Of a DNA stretch of 25,812 nucleotides, positions 7,592 to 15,573 are shown one piece after another (position 1 is the stretch's first letter; the number at the start of each line of letters is the position of its first letter). The stretch is from Gemmatimonadota bacterium (GTDB lineage: Bacteria > Latescibacterota > UBA2968 > UBA8231), in contig JAYPJE010000052.1 of assembly GCA_038128265.1 (NCBI GenBank), positions 1 to 25,812 on the forward strand. The letters run 5' to 3'. The notes beneath the pieces were generated by a model. The model ran no database searches. It saw only the letters and a program-made list of their open reading frames with translations, and was not told the origin of the DNA. The translations under genes and the position numbers were made by a program.

Positions 7592-8818
7592 ATGCGCAAC
7601 CATCCGCTCGACGGCATTCAACGCGAGAAATTGACGATACGCGACGTGCGTGTCATTCCCCTATCCTATGTCGACCCAGACGGCGATCTGTGGCGTAGTG
7701 GGTCATACCAGGTGTGGAAAACGGACGGCGCCATCACGCAGATATTCACCGATGAGGGGTTGGTGGGCATCGGCGAGGGGTCGCCCTACGAAGACCCAGC
7801 CGCGATCAAAGCGTATACCGAAGCGCATATACGCCCGCTGCTGATTGGCCAAAATCCCTTTGACGTCGAAGCGCTGTGCAATCGCGGCAACGAATCGCGG
7901 CACAGCCGCGCGCCGTGGGCCGGTGTCGATGCGGCGTGCTGGGACCTGATCGGCAAAGCGGTCGGCCAGCCCGTTTACGAACTGCTTTGCACCGAGGGCG
8001 CGCCGCAGCGCCAGATCAAAATTTACGCCAGCGGCGGCGTCGAACACGCCTGGTATGACGGCGGCGAGCAGGCGCTAATCGAAGAAGCACTGCGCCACCA
8101 AGAGGCCGGCTACGACGCCTTTAAGTTCCGCCCGGGCACCGACTGGCAGGCGGCCGGTATGACGCTGGAAAAGTACGCGCCGATTTTGGAGAGGCTGCGT
8201 GCGGCCGTTGGTCCCCACTTTCGCCTGATGCACGAGGGCTTGGGTATGAGCCTGGGATCGCTAGAGGCAATTATAACGGACTTTGCTCCGCTGTTGGAAG
8301 AGCTGGGTTTTTACTGGTTTGAAGAAGCCTTTGGCGGCACGAGCATCGAGCATATCGATCTTTTTATTCGGCTGAAGGAGGCGCTGCCAACGGTGCGCGT
8401 TTCTGGCGGCGAGCGCTTTCGCGAGCGCTTTGAAGCGCAGGTCTGGCTCGACCGCCAGGCGCTCGATATCGTGCAGACGGACTGCAACGTCACCGGCGTG
8501 ACGGAAAACTGGTATATCGCGCGGATGGCGCAGCTGCGCGGGATTAGCCTCATACCGCACAACTGGCACGGCGGCGGCACGACGATGGCCAATGCGCATC
8601 TAGTCGCGGCCATCGCCAATCGCGAATACTGCGAACTAAACGGGACGCATAATCCGCTCAAGGAAGGCATTTTCAAGGAGCCGCTGACGGTCCAAAACGG
8701 CGTGATGACGCTGCCTGACAAACCGGGTTTTGGCGTCGAGCTCATCGACGACGTAGAAAAGCGGTTTCCCTTCCAGCCGGGATCCTACCAGAAGCCCAAT
8801 GCGCGCGTTTCGCGCTGA
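7592..8818 (+). CDS. Mandelate racemase/muconate lactonizing enzyme family (acid-sugar dehydratase-like)
   Basis: Start at ATG 7592 (GGGAG RBS); 'TDEGLVGIGE', 'AGVDAACWDLIGKAVGQPVYELL', 'YASGG', 'WFEE', 'GGE', 'PHNW', 'PDKPGFGVE'. Confidence 0.9.
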   Translation: MRNHPLDGIQREKLTIRDVRVIPLSYVDPDGDLWRSGSYQVWKTDGAITQIFTDEGLVGIGEGSPYEDPAAIKAYTEAHIRPLLIGQNPFDVEALCNRGNESRHSRAPWAGVDAACWDLIGKAVGQPVYELLCTEGAPQRQIKIYASGGVEHAWYDGGEQALIEEALRHQEAGYDAFKFRPGTDWQAAGMTLEKYAPILERLRAAVGPHFRLMHEGLGMSLGSLEAIITDFAPLLEELGFYWFEEAFGGTSIEHIDLFIRLKEALPTVRVSGGERFRERFEAQVWLDRQALDIVQTDCNVTGVTENWYIARMAQLRGISLIPHNWHGGGTTMANAHLVAAIANREYCELNGTHNPLKEGIFKEPLTVQNGVMTLPDKPGFGVELIDDVEKRFPFQPGSYQKPNARVSR

Positions 8819-8874
8819 GCGAGGGGGCCGTTTGCCGGTATATTCGATGCATATACCTCAGGAGACGCGTCCCG

Positions 8875-9330
8875 ATGCCCGAGTTTAATTTTTCTTTCAC
8901 AGTAGATGCCCCGCTGGCGCAGGTCAGCCGATTTCACGGCGATACGAGTGCGCTTAAAAAGCTGTCGCCGCCGCCGATGATCGTGCAGATCCATCGCGTC
9001 GAGCCGTTAGCTGAGGAGTCGCGCGCCGAATTCACGCTGTGGTTCGGGCCGCTGCCCATTCGCTGGGCGGCCGTGCACCGTCAGGTCAGCGAGGGGGGGT
9101 TCACCGATATACAGGAGCGCGGTCCCATGCAGCGCTGGGAGCACACTCATCGCTTCACCGCACTGTCGGAGCATACGACACAGATTAATGAGCACATAGA
9201 GTATGCGCACTACGGCGGCTGGCGCGGCCTGTTCAGTCGCCTGCTCTTTATGCGCCCCGGTCTCTATATGCTCTTTACGGCGCGCAAGATGCTCACGCGT
9301 TGGCATCTGCGCCGCGGCGAAGCAGACTAA
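8875..9330 (+). CDS. SRPBCC/START-like ligand-binding domain protein
   Basis: CAGGAG RBS; 'LKKLSPP', 'GPLPIRWAA', 'FTDIQERGPMQRWEHTHRF'. Confidence 0.85.
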   Translation: MPEFNFSFTVDAPLAQVSRFHGDTSALKKLSPPPMIVQIHRVEPLAEESRAEFTLWFGPLPIRWAAVHRQVSEGGFTDIQERGPMQRWEHTHRFTALSEHTTQINEHIEYAHYGGWRGLFSRLLFMRPGLYMLFTARKMLTRWHLRRGEAD

Positions 9331-10151
9331 GTGTATCCTCCCACGCCGAGCAGCATCTTTGTTTCCCCGTCGGCGCTCTCCAACAGCTTTTTGGTCAGGC
9401 CATCCTCTGGCTGCACGCCGTAGGGCGAGCCGCGAAACCACGTTGGCTGGTAGCTCAAAATCAGCATGCGGCGCCGTGCGCTGAGCGTTGGTCCGCCCCG
9501 GTGCCACACGTTCGAATGCATCAGCACGGCGCTGCCAGCTTTCAGGCGCAGCTCAATCTCGCCGTCGATAGGCTCGTAGGTATCGGGTGGTTGGCGATCG
9601 AGCCACGCGTGCGATCCCGGCACCAGGCTCACGAGCCCCGTTGCCTCGCTGAGGTCATCTAGGTAAATCAGTGCGTCGAGACTGTGCGGCACGGAAAACC
9701 ACGGCGGCATTGGCTGGGTTAACACGCGCAGGTGCTGGTGCAGCGGTGTCTCCTGCCGCTCGGCGCCGGGAAAGGTCACGCGCGCGCTCAGGCCGCGCAG
9801 CCGGACGAGCGGTCCCATCATCGCCTGCGCGATGGATAGGATGGGCGGGAATTTTAGTAGTTCGAGAAAGATCGGATCCTTGTCCATTAGATGGCGCAGA
9901 ATAATGCCCCACGAGCGCTCGCCAATCGGCCGGTTTCGGTGATCGTCCCACTCTTGCTCAACGAGCCGTTCGACGCCGTCTCGCAGGGTTTCCAATGTCG
10001 CTCCGGTAAAGAGCCCTTCGCGGACCAAGTAGCCTTCTCTATCCAACTGTGCCAATTCTTCTGGCGTTGCGTGCACATCGATGGTGCGCGTGCAGTCGTC
10101 GCCTAAGTTATGGGCGTTGAGAATCTCGTAGCACAGCTCGTGTCGTTCCAT
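9327..10151 (-). CDS. PhyH-family dioxygenase with atypical H-x-H metal motif
   Basis: ATG 10151 (GAGG upstream); 'LDREGYLVREGLF', 'PLHQH', 'ALIYLDD', 'LVPGSH', 'AGSAVLMHSNVWHRGG', 'RRMLILSY'. Confidence 0.87.
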   Translation of the reverse strand: MERHELCYEILNAHNLGDDCTRTIDVHATPEELAQLDREGYLVREGLFTGATLETLRDGVERLVEQEWDDHRNRPIGERSWGIILRHLMDKDPIFLELLKFPPILSIAQAMMGPLVRLRGLSARVTFPGAERQETPLHQHLRVLTQPMPPWFSVPHSLDALIYLDDLSEATGLVSLVPGSHAWLDRQPPDTYEPIDGEIELRLKAGSAVLMHSNVWHRGGPTLSARRRMLILSYQPTWFRGSPYGVQPEDGLTKKLLESADGETKMLLGVGGYT

Positions 10152-10350
10152 AGCGGGCCTCGTGTTGGAGAGGAGCAAATTGCAGCGCCCATAAAGTAAG
10201 GCATAGGGGTCGTTTGCCGCAGGAGTTGTCGCCTAAATAGATTAACACCTGTGTTGTATCAGTCTACCATGCTCCTGTATGAAGTAGTGGGAAGACCAGG
10301 ACCGTGAACGGAGCTGTATTTCACCCCTATACACGCGATGAGAGAGTGCA

Positions 10351-11244
10351 ATGAGCGAATGGATATTTGAACGGGTGGCCGGCCCCTTTGGCTTTACGGA
10401 GGGACCGCTGTGGATGGGCGATGCGCTGATCTTTACAGATATGCCCGGCGATCGGGTGCTGCACTTTGATCCGCAGACGGGTGCGTGCACTGACTGGCGC
10501 ACGGGCACCAACAGCGCCAACGGGCTGACGGCCGATGCAGAAGGACGCATCTACGCGGCCGAAGGAACTTTTGTGCCGGGATGCGATCGCTTTGTCGACG
10601 GGCCCGGCCGCCGCATTGCCCGCTACGAGCACGACGGCTCGACCACCGTGATATGCGAACGGTTTGAGGGCCAGCGCTTCAACAGCCCCAACGATCTGGT
10701 CGTCGACGCCAAGGGCCGCGTGTGGTTTACCGATCCGCGCTATGGCGACGACCGCTCGCATATGGAACTGTCGCATGAGTCGGTCTACCGTGCCGATCCG
10801 CAGCCGGACGGTAGCTACGTAGCTGCGCGCGTCACTTTTGATACGACTAAGCCCAACGGCCTTATTGTGACGCCGGATATGCGGACGCTCTACGTAGCGC
10901 AGAGCGATTACGGAGCGGACACGCTGCGCGAGCTGCGCGCCTATCCCATCGCCGACGATGGATCGCTCGGTTCATACGACGTCGTGCACAACTTTGGTCC
11001 GCACCGCGGCATTGACGGCATGCGCTTGGACGCCGAGGGGTGCATCGTCGCTACGGCAGGGTGGAAGGAGAGCGGGCCGGGGCCGATGATCTACGTGTTT
11101 GCGCCGAGCGGTCGCGTGCTGGAGACGCACCCGTTCCCTATGAATCCGACCAACTGCGCCTTTGGCGATGCCGACGGCCAGTCGCTCTACGTCACTTCTG
11201 TAGACGGTTATTTATACAGGGCGCGGACGCACCGCAGGGGATAG
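10351..11244 (+). CDS. SMP-30/gluconolactonase/LRE family protein
   Basis: 'FTEGPLW', 'ANGL', 'FNSPNDL', 'FTDPRYG', 'KPNGL', 'IDGM', 'PTNCAFG'. Confidence 0.92.
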   Translation: MSEWIFERVAGPFGFTEGPLWMGDALIFTDMPGDRVLHFDPQTGACTDWRTGTNSANGLTADAEGRIYAAEGTFVPGCDRFVDGPGRRIARYEHDGSTTVICERFEGQRFNSPNDLVVDAKGRVWFTDPRYGDDRSHMELSHESVYRADPQPDGSYVAARVTFDTTKPNGLIVTPDMRTLYVAQSDYGADTLRELRAYPIADDGSLGSYDVVHNFGPHRGIDGMRLDAEGCIVATAGWKESGPGPMIYVFAPSGRVLETHPFPMNPTNCAFGDADGQSLYVTSVDGYLYRARTHRRG

Positions 11245-11254
11245 CGCCGGGACG

Positions 11255-11833
11255 CTAGTTGGTGGCGGGTAGGTTTTCTACGACGACGCCAATTTCATTG
11301 CGCCGCATAAACGGCGGGGTCCATGGGTCGTTGTAGCGCATCAGAAAAGGTTCGCCCTGCGTTTGGATGCCGCGCTCGCGCAGCGCCGCTAGCAGCTCGG
11401 CGGTTTTTTTCTCCACGCGGTCGGAGTTGGTGAGCCACGAAAATTTGAGTGTAGCGACCTGGCGCGGCGCCACCGTAGTAAATTCGATAGGCTGGCCGTT
11501 GGGCGTCGGCGCACTTTCCTGCGATAGGGCGGATGGCAGGATAAAAGACATCGTACCGTCGGTGATAACGGGCGCCGTCATCGCCACATTCTGTCCCTCT
11601 TTGTTGTTGCCAAAGATGTAGGATGCCAGCACGGAAAAAGAGGCGTTATCCGTTGTGCCCACCGTGGAAATCCAGGTCTGCTCGCCGTACTGACGCACCT
11701 CGATATTTTTCGCCAGGCGTTCGAGCACTTCGTACTGGGGGCGTTCGATGCCGTAAATAACGTATACGCCCCATCCCACCCAGAGAGACATCAGCACGCC
11801 GGCGGTAACCATCATAATCAACCCCACTTTCAT
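11255..11833 (-). CDS. SOUL heme-binding family protein with N-terminal membrane anchor
   Basis: 'IERPQYEVL', 'IEVRQY', 'LASYIFGNN', 'VAMTAPV', 'MSFILP', 'YNDPWTPPFMRRNEI'; hydrophobic N-terminus. Confidence 0.9.
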   Translation of the reverse strand: MKVGLIMMVTAGVLMSLWVGWGVYVIYGIERPQYEVLERLAKNIEVRQYGEQTWISTVGTTDNASFSVLASYIFGNNKEGQNVAMTAPVITDGTMSFILPSALSQESAPTPNGQPIEFTTVAPRQVATLKFSWLTNSDRVEKKTAELLAALRERGIQTQGEPFLMRYNDPWTPPFMRRNEIGVVVENLPATN

Positions 11834-11888
11834 CGCTGGGACCTCGCTTTCCACTTTGGGCCAGAACGTACCAGGCTGCGTTGTGTTG

Positions 11889-12824
11889 TCAATTATCGAC
11901 CTTCACGGCAGCCTCTATAAGGCCGCGCATATAGCCGACGGCAAAGAGGCGCCCCTGCATGGTATAGCCGCTTTCGCCGCTCTCACCAACGAGCACCGGG
12001 ACGTGGTCGGGGCGCATAACGCCGGTAAAGCCAACGGCTTGGTAGGCGCGCATGGCGGCGAACATATCGGTGGGGCCTTCGTCGTGAAAGGTCTCGACAA
12101 AGTGGCTGCGATCGCCGCGCACGTCGCGGATATGGGCAAAGCGGATATGGGGTCCAAGGCGGCGAATGGTCGCCGGTATATCGACGCCCATGGCCGCAAA
12201 GTTGCCCTGGCAAAAGCAGATGCCGTTTGCTGGGCTAGGTGCCAAGTCCACCAGTCGTTCGAAGGCTTCCGGATCAATCATGATGCGCTCTAGTCCGCGC
12301 AGCGGCGTCAGCGGCGGGTCGTCCGGATGCATGGCTAGCGCCACGCCGGCTTCCTCGGCAATGGGCAGGATATACTCCAAAAAGCGCGCTAGATTTTCCC
12401 ATAGGGCGGCCGCGCTTACGCCGCCTTCCAACGGCCCTAGCGCTTCCGTTTGCGCCAAGTCGAACTCGCTGCACAGGGCCCCGCCGCGCCCCGGCGTGCC
12501 GAACGAAGTGCGCGTCCAGTCGGTCAGTCCCATCCAGTTGTAGCACAGGACGCTGACATTCAGCGCACCCATGCTGCGCACGAGTTGGCCTAGTTCGTCC
12601 AACTGTGCGCGATAGCCGGGTTGGCCCAGCACGACTTGTTCAATGGGCAGGTAGCCTTCGACGACGGAGACGGTCATGCCGTGCCGTTCGACCTGTTCAC
12701 ACAGCGGCGCTAGATCTTCGATGCGGCAGCCGGGGTAGCGCACGACGATGTCGGTAACGCCTATTTGGCTAGCTAACTGCAGATTGTGATCGGTAAAAGG
12801 GGTCGCTACGAGTGCGATACGCAT
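11889..12824 (-). CDS. uxuA: Mannonate dehydratase
   Basis: 'LCYNWM', 'WTRT', 'LWENLARFLEYILPIAEEAGVALAMHPDDPP', 'CFCQGNF', 'RPDHVP', 'GRLFAVGYMRG'; AGGAG RBS. Confidence 0.9.
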   Translation of the reverse strand: MRIALVATPFTDHNLQLASQIGVTDIVVRYPGCRIEDLAPLCEQVERHGMTVSVVEGYLPIEQVVLGQPGYRAQLDELGQLVRSMGALNVSVLCYNWMGLTDWTRTSFGTPGRGGALCSEFDLAQTEALGPLEGGVSAAALWENLARFLEYILPIAEEAGVALAMHPDDPPLTPLRGLERIMIDPEAFERLVDLAPSPANGICFCQGNFAAMGVDIPATIRRLGPHIRFAHIRDVRGDRSHFVETFHDEGPTDMFAAMRAYQAVGFTGVMRPDHVPVLVGESGESGYTMQGRLFAVGYMRGLIEAAVKVDN

Positions 12825-12852
12825 GGCTCGATTCTCCTATGTGCAGGGGTAC

Positions 12853-14340
12853 TCATTGGTTCAAGTACAGCGCGTAGGCGGTCGCCCGTTCCAGGTGCAG
12901 GCGCAGCAGGTAGTCGCCGTCGCCGAGTGCGGCTAGGCTGCGTTCGCGCCAGCGCACGTCCTGTGCCAGCCCGTCTTCCCGGATGGGCACGGCGTCTTCT
13001 TGGCCAAAGCCGCGCAGGCGCTTGCCCGCTGCGCTGAGGACTTCGGCGCGGATGCTGCCGCCGCGCGCATCCGCGTTGAGGGCAAGCCGGCTGTATTGTC
13101 CCAGTTTGAGCGGTTTGAGCGTAATCTGTCCGACGTGCTCCAGCGGACCTAGCTGCGTCGGCAAATCGCTGTGTTCAACGGGACGCAGACCGGCAAAGCG
13201 GTCGCGCGGCAGCACCGCCAGGCCGACGCCGCTTTCGTGCGAGCGGTCGTCGGCGCCGGTTGCGCCCTGCGAATAGGCCCCGTAGTAAAAGCGCATTTCT
13301 CTATCGAGTAGTATGGGCGTCGCGTTGGTAAAGAGCGAGCCGGCGTCAAAGTCTCCAGCCGGTCCGCGCGCGAGAAAATAGGTTGAGCGAAAGGGTCGCT
13401 TCCAGTCAAAACCGTCGCGGCTCAGCATGAGTTCAATGTCAATAACGCCGCCGCCAACGGCGCGGTCCAGTAGTTGGTTGAGACAAAAGTAGACACCGGC
13501 GTGATAGAAGACCGGCGTGGTGTGGAACTCGACCTGCGGCGCGTCGAGGTCGTCGGGCGCACAGATCAGCTGTGGTTCAGACCAGTCGACAAAGTTGCGG
13601 CTTTCAATGCGGCCCATCGCGTGCTTCCAGCGCATGCGCCCATCGGGTCCATCGATCCACATCTTGCCGTACCAGGCGTAGACCTGGCGCAGTGGATCAA
13701 AAAAAACGTCGGTTCCATCGCTCATCGACAGCGGAATATCCCACGGTCCGTCCTCTGCATCGTCAAAGGGGACCTCTTCAGCTAGCTGGCCGTACGATAT
13801 TTTTGACAGGGGCGCGTGCGGGTGTGTGTGCCAGCGCATTCCGTCGGGAGAAAAGGCCACGTGCAGGCCGGGATATTCGCCCTGCGGCGTCTGCGCCCAG
13901 TCGAAGTAGGCCATTTTGTAGCGTCGATCGGGATCGCCGTCGCGTTCGTCGACCAGCACGGAGTTGCAGTAGCGCAGTGAATGGCCACCGCTGCCGATGA
14001 GCACGATGTTGGTCTGCTCTATATCGCCGAACGGGAAGAGGTCGAGCGCGGGTTTTACAAAGTGCACCCCGTCATCGGATTCGGCGTAGCACACAACGCA
14101 GCCGTAGCGTCGGTCGGGCGCGCGATCGCCGGTATAGGCCTGATACCAGAGCTGGTAGCGACCGGTCTCTGCATCGCGGTGTATGCTGGTCCAGCCAATG
14201 GCCACTTCCCACGGTTCGCTTGGCGCCAGCACGCGGTGGGATGCGGGGCGCTGTGCGGGGCAGAAGATGCGTTCGGTGCCCGCGCGGTAGAGCACGTGAT
14301 GATCGTCGACAAAGAGCACCGTTTGCGCGCCATCGGCCAT
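12853..14340 (-). CDS. Uncharacterised beta-propeller glycoside-hydrolase-like protein (GH32/43/130-like), no signal peptide
   Basis: ATG 14340 with AAGGAG RBS; 'LFVDD', 'YQLWY', 'YAESDDGVHFVKP', 'SPDGMRW', 'SRNFVDW', 'SRDGFDW' Asp-box-like repeats; C-terminal 'LALNADARGGSIRAEV' domain. Confidence 0.7.
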   Translation of the reverse strand: MADGAQTVLFVDDHHVLYRAGTERIFCPAQRPASHRVLAPSEPWEVAIGWTSIHRDAETGRYQLWYQAYTGDRAPDRRYGCVVCYAESDDGVHFVKPALDLFPFGDIEQTNIVLIGSGGHSLRYCNSVLVDERDGDPDRRYKMAYFDWAQTPQGEYPGLHVAFSPDGMRWHTHPHAPLSKISYGQLAEEVPFDDAEDGPWDIPLSMSDGTDVFFDPLRQVYAWYGKMWIDGPDGRMRWKHAMGRIESRNFVDWSEPQLICAPDDLDAPQVEFHTTPVFYHAGVYFCLNQLLDRAVGGGVIDIELMLSRDGFDWKRPFRSTYFLARGPAGDFDAGSLFTNATPILLDREMRFYYGAYSQGATGADDRSHESGVGLAVLPRDRFAGLRPVEHSDLPTQLGPLEHVGQITLKPLKLGQYSRLALNADARGGSIRAEVLSAAGKRLRGFGQEDAVPIREDGLAQDVRWRERSLAALGDGDYLLRLHLERATAYALYLNQ

Positions 14341-14441
14341 GTGCGTTTTCTCCTTGATGTCACTACGCATGGGCGCTGTGCCCAATGACTGCACTATTAT
14401 TAGCCAATAGGAGGGCGCGGTGCAAACGCACTCGGGCTCGC

Positions 14442-14470
14442 TTGACGGACGCGGCTCAGCCGCCTATACT
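14442..14470 (+). promoter_or_regulatory. Sigma70-type promoter for the luciferase-like monooxygenase gene
   Basis: TTGACG (14442-14447), 17 bp spacer, TATACT (14465-14470), 26 bp upstream of the ATG. Confidence 0.65.
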
Positions 14471-14496
14471 GCCGAAAAAAATACGGAGCCGATTCT

Positions 14497-15573
14497 ATGA
14501 AATTGGGCGTTTTTATGATGCCGCTGCACCCGCCGGAAAAAGATCGCACGCTGTGCTTTGAAGAAGATATCGAGCTGATCGTGTGCGCCGACGGACTCGG
14601 ATTTAGCGAGGCGTGGATCGGCCAGCACCACAGCGTTGCCTGGGAGCCAATCCCGGCGAACGATCTCTTTATTTCGCATCTAATCCCGCAGACGCAGCAG
14701 ATTCGCCTTGGCACGGGCGTTACCATCATGCCGCAGCACCACCCGGTCAACGTCGCGGTGCGTATGGCGATGCTCGACCACCTGTCGCGTGGGCGCATCA
14801 ACTGCGGTTTCGGCCAGGGCGGCGTGCCGACCGACTGGGGACTTTTTGATCTGCCCGATCCCAAGACGCAGGGCCTAATGACCGTAGAGGCTATAGATCT
14901 CGTGCTCAAGCTATGGCAGGCCGATGCGCCGTTCGACTTTAAGGGCGCGCACTACCGCGTGCGCATTGACGAGCCGCAGCCCGAGTTGGGTATCGGACAG
15001 CTGCTCAAGCCGTACCAACAGCCGCATCCGCCCATCGCAATGAGCGTTATCAAGGGCACGTCGCTGGCGGCGCGCATGGCCGGGGCGCGCGGCTATATGC
15101 CTATTTCAACGAGCCTGGTGCCCACGCCGACCCTCGTCGAGCACTGGGACACCTACCGTGCCGGTGCGTTAGAAGCGGGGCTGGACGAGCCCTCGCGCGC
15201 CCTGTGGCGGGTCTCCCGCAGCATCTTTGTTGCCGACAGCGATGAGGAGGCGTGGGACTACGCGCTCAATTCGTCGTTTAGTCGCGCCTTTGAGTATCTG
15301 ATCGAAGTGCTCGGCGCGGTCGGCAATCTCGCGCTGATGAAGCACGATCCGTCCTATCCCGACAAAGACGTGACGCCCGAGTACCTGATTCGCACGCTGT
15401 GCATCGTCGGCAGCGTTGCGTCGTGCCAGCAGCAGCTACAGGCGCTGTGGGACGCGACGGGCGGCTTTGATACGCTGCTGATGATCGCACACGACTGGGA
15501 CGAGCGCGAAAAGTGGCTGCGCTCAATGGATTTGCTGACGCACCAGGTCGTGCCAGCGCTGCCCTCGCTCTAA
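14497..15573 (+). CDS. LLM-class (luciferase-like) flavin-dependent monooxygenase
   Basis: 'MKLGVFMMPLHPP', 'LGFSEAWIGQHH', 'IRLGTGV', 'HHPVNVA', 'LDHLSRGR', 'KPYQQPHPPIA', 'TGGFDTLL', 'SMDLL...VVP'. Confidence 0.9.
   Translation: MKLGVFMMPLHPPEKDRTLCFEEDIELIVCADGLGFSEAWIGQHHSVAWEPIPANDLFISHLIPQTQQIRLGTGVTIMPQHHPVNVAVRMAMLDHLSRGRINCGFGQGGVPTDWGLFDLPDPKTQGLMTVEAIDLVLKLWQADAPFDFKGAHYRVRIDEPQPELGIGQLLKPYQQPHPPIAMSVIKGTSLAARMAGARGYMPISTSLVPTPTLVEHWDTYRAGALEAGLDEPSRALWRVSRSIFVADSDEEAWDYALNSSFSRAFEYLIEVLGAVGNLALMKHDPSYPDKDVTPEYLIRTLCIVGSVASCQQQLQALWDATGGFDTLLMIAHDWDEREKWLRSMDLLTHQVVPALPSL

Noticed and set aside
8837..8857. Dyad GGTATAT-N7-ATATACC after the enolase gene as a terminator
   Set aside because: Weak AT-rich stem with no U-tract; at most an operator or promoter element for the SRPBCC gene
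10199..10235. GGCATAGGGGTCGTTTGCC resembling a fluoride riboswitch P1, and GGGAAG at about 10289 resembling a cobalamin box
   Set aside because: The conserved GATG...CTGATG pseudoknot and the cobalamin core elements are missing, and the downstream gene is unrelated
14497..15573. Luciferase (luxA/B) or a secondary-metabolite cluster
   Set aside because: Single LLM gene with no luxCDE and no PKS, NRPS or RiPP scaffold genes nearby
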